DNA of 19,867 nucleotides from an uncultured Gammaproteobacteria bacterium (GTDB taxonomy: Bacteria > Pseudomonadota > Gammaproteobacteria > JACCXJ01): positions 1-19,867 of the forward strand of contig CAVXTM010000014.1 in NCBI GenBank assembly GCA_963764725.1. Reading direction: 5' to 3'. The notes under the pieces are model-generated. The model worked only from the letters and a program-made list of their open reading frames with translations. It did no database searches and was not told where the DNA came from. Position numbers and translations under genes: made by a program. Positions 12,622 to 19,867 of this stretch are shown here, one piece after another. How positions within the stretch are numbered: the stretch's first letter is position 1; each line of letters begins with the position of its first letter.

Positions 12622-12897
12622 TTACATGTTACATGTCATTGTACATGAACCGTTCGAGCAGGTTATACGGATGGCACAAAAAAGCGCTTTTGCGGCCCAT
12701 CCCGGAAGTCCTAGCCCTCCGCCGGTGACTGCGTCCATTTGGTGTGCCGTGAGTTCGATTTTCTGGGGTGGGACGGGTTCGGATTGAGAATGCGCGTGTC
12801 GCACTTCTTCTCCTGCAACATCCGCCGCCACCACTGGCGACAGACCACTGAGGACCACTATCAGGCTAAAGGCTGTGATAAATTGTCGCTGTTTCAT
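12622..12897 (-). CDS. Secreted double-glycine peptide precursor 4 (91 aa)
   Basis: ATG 12897 behind AAGGAGAGAGCA. Signal MKQRQFITAFSLIVVLSGLSPVVAA; pro-region ends LTAHQMDAVTGG; 31-aa core GLGLPGWAAKALFCAIRITCSNGSCTMTCNM (4 Cys). Confidence 0.88.
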   Translation of the reverse strand: MKQRQFITAFSLIVVLSGLSPVVAADVAGEEVRHAHSQSEPVPPQKIELTAHQMDAVTGGGLGLPGWAAKALFCAIRITCSNGSCTMTCNM

Positions 12898-13110
12898 TGC
12901 TCTCTCCTTCGATACGAATTAAAAAAACAGAGGTACACGATGGTCCCTGCCGGTTCTCTCGCCTCTACCACCCAATAAGGAATATTTGATAGACGCGCTG
13001 GGCCCCGGGTCCCATCTTGCAACGCGAATATAGAGGAGTGAGCGGAATTTGGTCTGTGAAATATTTCACAGAATTTGGTGTGGAACACTTTAAATAGAGG
13101 GACCATTGAG
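12898..13110 (-). repeat. Conserved upstream module, copy 4 (only one operator palindrome)
   Basis: Invariant 32-mer at 12937-12968; the second TGTGA site is absent. Confidence 0.95.
13027..13072 (-). promoter_or_regulatory. Putative class II CRP/FNR-family-activated promoter for precursor 4
   Basis: Perfect palindrome TCTGTGAAATATTTCACAGA (core 13055-13070) and TATATT -10 at 13032-13027. The site centres at about -42.5. Confidence 0.65.
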
Positions 13111-13370
13111 CGGGCAGAGCAGTGCCAGGAGTCGCCGCCAGGCTCGGCGCTCCCCGCTACATAAAAGCACGAATGAGAGGTTCCCGCGGATCCCACCGAG
13201 GTATCAGTTGAGATTCTGCATTGGATTTCTTATCCTTTTACTTCGCACAGGGAAAGCTAATGTGTAACCTCAACTATTGCACGCTTGCTGAACGCGTTAC
13301 TGCGCGAGGCGCGGTGCTGACGGCGGGTTGGCGCCCGCCTCGTCCAAGGAGATGCCGCCCGACTTCATTC

Positions 13371-13988
13371 ATGCGAACTTGGATCCCCATTGCTCTGCTC
13401 CTCAGTGCCGCGGCCGGGGCGCCCGTGCGGGCCGTCGAACGGGGGCCGGTTAAATCGCTCCTGGAAATGCGGCGAGATCGAGTGGTGGTTCAGAAGTGGG
13501 ACTTAAGTTGTGGCGCCGCGGCGCTTGCCACTCTACTGAATTACCAGCACGGCGACCCAGTTGCGGAGAGGGAGATCGCGCGGGCGCTGATGCAACGCCG
13601 GGAATACCTGGCCGATCCGTTGCGGGTGCGGGTGCAGCAAGGGTTCTCTCTGCTCGACCTCAAGCGCTACGTCGATAAGCGGGGTTATGAGGGCATCGGC
13701 TACGGCCGGCTTACGCTTCAGGACCTGATCGAACAGGCCCCCATTCTGGTGCCGCTCAGCCTGCACGGTTACAATCACTTTGTCGTGTTCCGCGGCAGGC
13801 GCGGGGATCGGGTACTGATTGCGGATCCCGCCTGGGGGAACCGTACCCTGCGGGTAGAGAGATTCGAGGAGGCCTGGATTGACTCTCCAGAGATCGGTAA
13901 GGTAGGTTTCGTGGTGGTGGGGCGTGAGGGCAGCACGCCGCCTAATCGCCTCGCCCCTCGCGCTAGTGATTTCGTGATGTTGCGGTAA
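13371..13988 (+). CDS. Stand-alone periplasmic C39 family cysteine peptidase (FapD-like)
   Basis: Start at ATG 13371 gives a signal peptide MRTWIPIALLLSAAAGAPVRA. Catalytic motifs QKWDLSCGAAALATLL (Q, C), YNHFVV (H) and IADPAWG (D) are present. No ABC transporter domains. Confidence 0.92.
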   Translation: MRTWIPIALLLSAAAGAPVRAVERGPVKSLLEMRRDRVVVQKWDLSCGAAALATLLNYQHGDPVAEREIARALMQRREYLADPLRVRVQQGFSLLDLKRYVDKRGYEGIGYGRLTLQDLIEQAPILVPLSLHGYNHFVVFRGRRGDRVLIADPAWGNRTLRVERFEEAWIDSPEIGKVGFVVVGREGSTPPNRLAPRASDFVMLR

Positions 13989-14011
13989 GCCATCAATCAG
14001 AAAGGACGCAA

Positions 14012-15289
14012 ATGACACCACCCAGGGGTTCGCGCCAGCTGATGCAAGGCGCGGCCTTAGGCGCATCTTTCGCTTTGGTGGGACTGGTTGTGGCCGGGCC
14101 CCAGACAAAGCAGGCCGGCTCTCATCCTCAGCCGACGATGGAGGAACTGATGCGAAGGCTCGAGGAGCGCGACGCCCTCATTGTTGATCTGCAGCGACGC
14201 GTTGGAGAGCTCGAGCGGCAAATCGCCACGCCGCCCGTTAACCCGCAACCGGTGGCTGCCAAGCCCGTGCCCTCAGTGCCGCCGGTAGCCTCATCGGCTG
14301 AGCAGAAGCCACCGAACGCGGAGCGTCGGAGCGACAGGATGTCGCCGGCCAGTACAGGGACGTACGCATCGACACAAGCCGAAGAGGCTCCAGCGGCTGC
14401 AAGCAGCGCGGCGCCGGCAGCGCCCGGCCAATTCGAGGTCGATGAGGAGGCCGCCGAGCGCGCGCTGGAGCAGACACTGGTCGTGACGGGCGCACTCCTT
14501 CTGCCATTTGGACAGGCCGACATCCAGCCCAGCTTCACCTATATCCGAAGCGAGGAAGAAGCACCTACCCTCTTAGCGCAAGGTGTGGCTGCATCGCAAG
14601 ATGTTCGCCGCAATACCTTCATCGCCGATCTTTTTCTGCGCTTCGGTCTACCCTTCGACTCACAACTGGAGGTCGGCATTCCTTATCGATATGTAGAGAA
14701 GCAAGTGGTCACAGAAGTAGATGTCGGCGCGCGGGCCGAGACGGAGTCTCATGGCTCCGGATTCGGCGATCTCGGTTTCGGCCTGGCCAAGGGGTTGCTG
14801 GAAGAGCGCAACTGGTGGCCGGATCTAATCGGTAGGGTGACATGGGATACTGACTCCGGTGAAACCTCCGATGACGGCTTTTCGCTTGGCGGCGGCTTCC
14901 ACGAGCTCCAGGGTTCGTTAACCATGACCAAGCGCCAGGACCCGCTGGTGTTCATCGGCAGCGCCTCCTATGGGACTACATTCGAAAAGGACGATATCAA
15001 TCCGGGCGACCAGCTTGGTTTCTCGGTCGGGGCGGTGCTGGCCGCCAGTCCTGAGACCTCGCTGCGCGTTGTTCTCAATCAGACATTCGTCAGCGAGCTG
15101 GAGGACGGGGATAGGACCATCAGCGGATCCGATCAGGTGTTCGGAACGCTGAACTTTGGGGCCTCCTCGATCATCGGCCGCGGGAAATTTCTCGACCTGA
15201 CGGCTGGGATAGGTTTGACCGATGAGGCCCCCGATTACTCAGCAGGGATTTCTCTCACGATTAGCTTCGACGTCCCCACTCGCTTCTAG
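14012..15289 (+). CDS. Outer-membrane beta-barrel transporter with N-terminal coiled coil (FapF-like)
   Basis: Hydrophobic N-terminus, heptad segment MEELMRRLEERDALIVDLQRRVGELERQIA, Pro/Ala-rich linker, helix EEAAERALEQTL, alternating amphipathic strands and a C-terminal Phe (SFDVPTRF). Starts 23 bp after the C39 gene. Confidence 0.82.
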   Translation: MTPPRGSRQLMQGAALGASFALVGLVVAGPQTKQAGSHPQPTMEELMRRLEERDALIVDLQRRVGELERQIATPPVNPQPVAAKPVPSVPPVASSAEQKPPNAERRSDRMSPASTGTYASTQAEEAPAAASSAAPAAPGQFEVDEEAAERALEQTLVVTGALLLPFGQADIQPSFTYIRSEEEAPTLLAQGVAASQDVRRNTFIADLFLRFGLPFDSQLEVGIPYRYVEKQVVTEVDVGARAETESHGSGFGDLGFGLAKGLLEERNWWPDLIGRVTWDTDSGETSDDGFSLGGGFHELQGSLTMTKRQDPLVFIGSASYGTTFEKDDINPGDQLGFSVGAVLAASPETSLRVVLNQTFVSELEDGDRTISGSDQVFGTLNFGASSIIGRGKFLDLTAGIGLTDEAPDYSAGISLTISFDVPTRF

Positions 15290-15297
15290 CATTCCTA

Positions 15298-16723
15298 CAT
15301 AGGTCGGATCTTTAAACCTATTGAATTATAAGTGGAACTTACGATGTTTCACTCGATCCCAATGAGCAATCGACCAAGATTAGCTCAAGAAAGGAGAGAC
15401 CGAGTGAAACGTACCAACGCTACCACGGCGGTAGGACGATTCAAGAGAGTATTTTCGGAGCGGGAGTTGAACCGATTGGGCAAAGCGGTGAGGTATTGCC
15501 AGCGTGAACGGGTAGTGACGCCGTTTCGGCTGGTGATGGCGATGCTCTCGACGCTATCGAGTAGAAAGGTCGAGACATTGGCAGATCTCCAACGCGGTTT
15601 CAATGCGTTGTTTGGGGAGAGCTTGGCCTACAAGCCCTTTCACAATCAGCTTTCCAAGCGTGGGTTTGGGGAGTTCATGCGGGCGTGCGTAGAGCGCTTG
15701 GTGGAGAAGCTCGTTCTCAAGGTCTTGAAGATCAAAGAAGGTCACGCCTTTTCGGAATTTCGGCGCATTGTGATCCAGGACGGAAGTTCCTTTGCGGTCA
15801 AGGACAGCTTGCGTGATGTTTTCCCCGGTCGCTTTAAGCGAGTGAGCCCCGCGGCGGTGGAATTGCACGTCAGCATGGATCTCTTGAGCGAGGCGCTCGA
15901 GCATATCACCCTAACCCCCGACACCTTCGGTGAGCGGGCCGAGCTTCCCGACCCTGGGAGTTTATCCGGTTGCCTATTGCTCGCCGACCGCGGTTACTTC
16001 AGCTTGCCCTATGTGGGGGAGATGATAAAGGCGGGGGCGAGCTTGGTGCTGCGGACCAAGACAAACCTCAATCCGTGGGTGGTCAACGCCTATGGGAAAG
16101 CGGGTAAGCGCCTACGCCGGTTGTGTGGGAAGCCGTTGCGGGAAGTGGTCGAACGATTTCCCAAAAAGACCCCGGTAGATCTCGATGTATGCTGGCGGAA
16201 TGCACAGCACCAACTCTCCTGTCGCCTGGTGGTGAGCTTCAATCCGAAGACCCGTGAATTCCGCTACCTCCTCACCAACCTCTCCCGCACCCGCTATGCC
16301 GCCGAGCAGGTCGGTTTGGCCTACAAGCTCCGCTGGCAGATCGAGCTCCTGTTTAAAGAGTGGAAATCCTACGCGAACCTGCATGCCTTCGACACCGGCA
16401 AATCCCGAGATCGCCGAAGGTCTCATCTGGGCCGCCATCGCCGCCGCGACGGTGAAACGTTATCTCGCGCATCTCACCCAGCAGCTTGCCCACGTGGACA
16501 TCTCTACCCGCAAGGTCGCCATGTGTGCGCACCATGTGATGAGCGGCATTGTAAAGGCTCTCCTCGATGGTCGCCTCTCTCGAATTCGTAAGGCAATCAA
16601 CAACGCCGTCGCCTTTCTTGCAACCAATGCCCGCCGGGCACACCCTCAACGCGACAGGCGAAGCGGACGCCTCGAACTGAATTTGGAACCAGTTTTCAAC
16701 GCGGCTTAAGTACCTAACCTATG
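15298..16723 (+). mobile_element. IS4-family insertion sequence (~1.43 kb)
   Basis: Imperfect terminal IRs CATAGGTCGGATCTTTAA / CATAGGTTAGGTACTTAA (13/18 identical). 10-bp direct repeat AGCATTCCTA at 15288-15297 and 16724-16733. Confidence 0.92.
15404..16709 (+). CDS. IS4-family DDE transposase, one +1 frameshift near 16400
   Basis: GTG start behind AAGGAG. IQDGSS, LADRGY and the IS4 YREK signature YKLRWQIELLFKEWK are present. The C-terminus (NPEIAEGLIWAA...) continues in the frame of ORF 16254-16709. Confidence 0.9.
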
Positions 16724-16932
16724 AGCATTCCTATTTTGGCGGATCATCGGCAATTATGTGCGAGTGGACACGTATTTCGGGGTACCCGCGTGCGTTTCCA
16801 AACCAGTGACCTACGACTTGCGCTGAACCAAAGCCAGCCTTTGGGCAATGCGTTTTTATGCCAAGATTGAGCGCATGACGGAGCAACGGTGCAAGGCGAG
16901 GCCGCGGGGTCAGCCCCGGTTAGTCGATAATG

Positions 16933-17433
16933 TCACTGGGCAATCCATCGCTGGACAGGGAGCGCTGGCATTGTAAAAATATCCGAGACTGGCCCCGTTC
17001 GCCCGTTCGCAAGGAAGTCGGTCAGCCTTGATGCCAGGCCCGCCGTGTCTTGGGTTTCGCAGGACCAGATGATCGCGACCGTCCACCCATCGGCTTCGAG
17101 TTCGGCTACTTTCCGTGCATCTCGCTCGACATTTGCGTCGAACTTGCGAGACCAGAAATCCTTGCGGCTCTTCGGCGTGCTGGCAGCCTTACAGCCCGAA
17201 TGCCGATGCCAAAAGCAGCCGTGAACGAAGATAGCTTTTCGTCGGATTGGAAACACTATGTCGGGCGTTCCCGGGAGATCTCGACGATGAAGTCCATATC
17301 GATAGCCAAGGCGATGAAGTAGCCGACGGACGGTCATCTCGGGCTTCGAGTCCTTCGGCCCGATTCGCGACATGAGTGCGCTTCTGTCCGCAGGTGAGAG
17401 AAAATCGGTTTCAATCGGATGTGGGCGGAGCAT
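16933..17433 (-). CDS. vsr: Very short patch repair endonuclease (start uncertain)
   Basis: DFLSPADRSALMSRIGPKDSKPE, DLPGTPDIVF, IFVHGCFWHRH and FWSRKFDANVERD are hallmark Vsr motifs. Confidence 0.92.
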   Translation of the reverse strand: MLRPHPIETDFLSPADRSALMSRIGPKDSKPEMTVRRLLHRLGYRYGLHRRDLPGTPDIVFPIRRKAIFVHGCFWHRHSGCKAASTPKSRKDFWSRKFDANVERDARKVAELEADGWTVAIIWSCETQDTAGLASRLTDFLANGRTGPVSDIFTMPALPVQRWIAQ

Positions 17434-19403
17434 AATCTTCGATCGCTTGAATGATTTCGTGGAGTTTGTCGACGAGATCACGATTACGCATATAGTCTTG
17501 GTACGTTTGGCGAGCCCCCCGTAGAAGCTCTTCATAGAAGACGATGCGCGCATTCTGTACTTTCAGCATGTCGTGGGAACGTGTCTTAGCGGCGTCGCTA
17601 GTCCAATCCGAGGGTTTCTTCCCAAGGAGGACGATGAACTGAATCGGCTCGTGGGCCGATCCTTGTGCTGCCAGAATTCGCTGCATGCCACTCAGATATT
17701 TTTCGATTTGGCCGATTAGCGCTGTCGTGCTGACCGTCCTTTCCGGTCGCTTCAATTCGATAATGACATGTTGGCCGGCCGTTTTCCGATAGGCGATATC
17801 GAGCCTTCCTCTTTTTCATCTTCCGGAAGCTCGGCGTCGATCTCGTTGAACAACGCCGTGACCGGACGCTCCATGATTTCGGTTCCATCTGCGCGCTCCC
17901 ATGCAGGATCGAGCAACCAGAGATGATTGAACAGATACTGCTGGATGGCTTTTTCGAGATCGTTGGAATCGACTTTTTCTTCGAGAGTGCGGATTACCTT
18001 GAATCCGTTGCTGAACAATCTGTCCGTAAAGATTAGCTTCGAGGTTATCGAGCTCCTTGAAAATTTCCAAGGCCGTTTGGATGTTCTCGTCGGTGATATT
18101 CTCGAGCGCGTCCAGGTTCTCTTTGGCCCGATAGAATTCGAATGCTAGCACCGCGTGCTTGATGAGTTGTTTCTGCTCGTTCAGATCGTCAAGCCGGATC
18201 CGGTTGATCTTACCGAGCCATTTTTTGGCCTTCGCCCGGGTGGGCGGGTTGAGTGTCGATCCATCTCTTCACGGCAGGGATCTCTAACGCTTTTTGGGCT
18301 CCTTCCTCGGTACGAAGTCTCTGCCATTCATTTTGGATGTGTTTCAGTTCGCGACCGATGAATCTCTTCAACCCTTGGTAGCGATCATCGTCTTCGACGA
18401 TTTTGTGACGGCTGCTCGTTGCAGCATCATCGTCTTTGGTGGTTCCCGGACCATCGTAGGTATCCAACCCATCGATACGCAGTTCTCCGATGAGATAGCT
18501 CGCATAGACGCCACGCTCCGAAAATTCCGATAGAATCTCCTCTTGTGCCATCTTGCCGCGCACGAAAATCGCGATGCGGTTCAAGTTGTCCCCGTCTTCA
18601 TCCCGTAGGTGACGTACCTCCTTCACCGTGCCTAGCCAGCCGTCGATTTGTGGATCTTTGTCCATGATCGCGCTCGTGCGGTCGAAATGCTGCGCTACCG
18701 AACATAAGCCGATGACTTCGGTCTGGTCGCCATACGTCCAGAGGTACTGAACCTTGTCGTAGTAATCGCGGTCGGCAGAGTAACTTCCTCTTCATCAACG
18801 ATGATGCGGAAACCTTCCGCAGCACCGATGACCGAGAAACGGCGTGCCAACCGTCGTTTGAGTGCCTGTGTCGTGCGGATCGTCTGCCTCTTCCGCAGTT
18901 CGGTCAGTACGATGCGGGTCCCACGCTCGAAGTCGATGCTTGCGACAGGGAGGGGGTCGGGATTGTAAGTCCCTTCCCCACCCGATTGCTCGATCCGCTG
19001 CCGGATATGCTCCAAACGCATTCTGAAGGCGCTTTTCTGCCCACCTTTCACGGTTTCGATATCGACGCATCCGGCGAACGAAAAGAGATACCTCCCGATC
19101 CCCTTGCCTGCCATCGGATGACGGCATTTTCCCGTAACCCCGGGCTGTCCATCGCGACGACGATATCCCACGGTCAGGAAACATCGGTTGACCTCTTCTG
19201 GTGTCATCCCTACCCCTGTATCGCGGATTCCAATCCGGTCATTTGTCCGGTCCCATTCGCATGGACCTCATCGGCGTCGGCATCCCATTCGTTCGCGACG
19301 ATCTCGGACAGAACTGCCGGGACGTTGCTGTAAGGTTGATGCCAGGATGCTCCAGGACGTTGAGGCTGATCGTCAGCGCAAAAGGAGGAGGTGGTTCCGT
19401 CAT
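17411..19403 (-). CDS. GHKL (HATPase_c) ATPase fused to a PD-(D/E)xK nuclease, HgiDII-like restriction endonuclease; many frameshifts
   Basis: Pieces across frames: MTEPPPPFALTISLNVLEH..., NVPAVLSEIVAN-WDADA (N-box), DTGVGMT (G1), GKGIG (G2), GTRI (G3), and near the C-terminus HLWLLDPAWER and GRLDIAYRKTAGQHVIIELKRP. The ATG overlaps the methylase stop (ATGA). Confidence 0.75.
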
Positions 19404-19867
19404 GAATGCCTCTCCAGATGCGCCCTTATGGACCTTGCGACCGCCCGCGCCAACAGGACCGGAACGGCATTCCCGATAAGTTTGCCGACCTTGTTGAAAT
19501 GGACAGTTCGGCCAGGAAGGGTAAACTCGTAGTCACGAGGGAACGACTGGAGGATCGCTCCTTCTCTAGCGAGATCGCCCGATCCTGCTCCGGATGCCAA
19601 GCGACCGTTGCCGAACCCGTAAAACTGGGTCGTGATCGTCGGTGATGGCTCGTCCAGACCATGCGACCGTAAACCGAAGCGTATCCACCCCCGGTCTGCG
19701 CCTTATGACAGTCGGTGACGAGATCGGGGCCCCGTTCTTTCCACGAGCCACCAGGGCGCGCTGCCCGAATGCGTTGGGGTTCTTATCCGATAAGCGGCTG
19801 GATCGGTGTAGAGGATCGATAGGATCGATCTGACCGGCAGATAAGGCGGGAAGATCGCCGATCGCGT
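19400..19867 (-). CDS. C-5 cytosine DNA methyltransferase, 3' part (truncated by window edge, frameshifted)
   Basis: Across frames: SVYGRMVW, PTITTQFYGFGNG, HPEQDRAISL, REGAILQSFP (motif IX) and KLIGNAVPV (motif X). Confidence 0.88.

Noticed and set aside
9310-12897. Diversity-generating retroelement explaining core variability
   Set aside because: No intact RT, no avd gene, and no TR/VR pair differing at adenines; the cores are unalignable.
10070-12968. Invariant 32-mer repeated four times as a possible CRISPR array
   Set aside because: Copies are ~760-1070 bp apart inside larger duplicated modules, and there are no cas genes.
13221-13370. Longer start for the C39 peptidase
   Set aside because: ATG 13371 yields a clean signal peptide, and the upstream 50 codons look non-coding.

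Overview
GC-rich bacterial (probably proteobacterial) window. Scattered 1-2 nt frameshifts in uvrA, the transposase and the RM genes suggest uncorrected long-read errors. Left part: a truncated TIR-like ORF, an acetyl-CoA hydrolase/transferase, an AT-richer CapRel-like fused toxSAS gene inside short inverted repeats with a TGA direct repeat, and a double-length uvrA on the minus strand. From ~9300 an accessory island carries the main signal: four tandem minus-strand genes for 91-99 aa precursors with a conserved layout (Sec signal peptide, pro-region ending in a double-glycine motif L[ST]xx[QE][LM]DxxxGG, then an unrelated 30-35 aa Cys-containing core). Each has its own copy of a ~210-250 bp upstream module: a CRP/FNR-type palindrome at about -41.5, a TATATT -10 and a conserved, probably structured 5' leader. 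Reverse-transcriptase remnants and REP-like repeats lie between the genes. Divergent from the array is a two-gene operon: a stand-alone signal-peptide-bearing C39 peptidase (FapD-like) and a coiled-coil/beta-barrel outer-membrane protein (FapF-like). I infer a Fap-type two-step secretion route used for diversified small disulfide peptides rather than amyloid subunits. An IS4 element with a 10-bp target duplication follows, then a minus-strand C5-methyltransferase / GHKL-ATPase-nuclease / vsr restriction-modification cluster.
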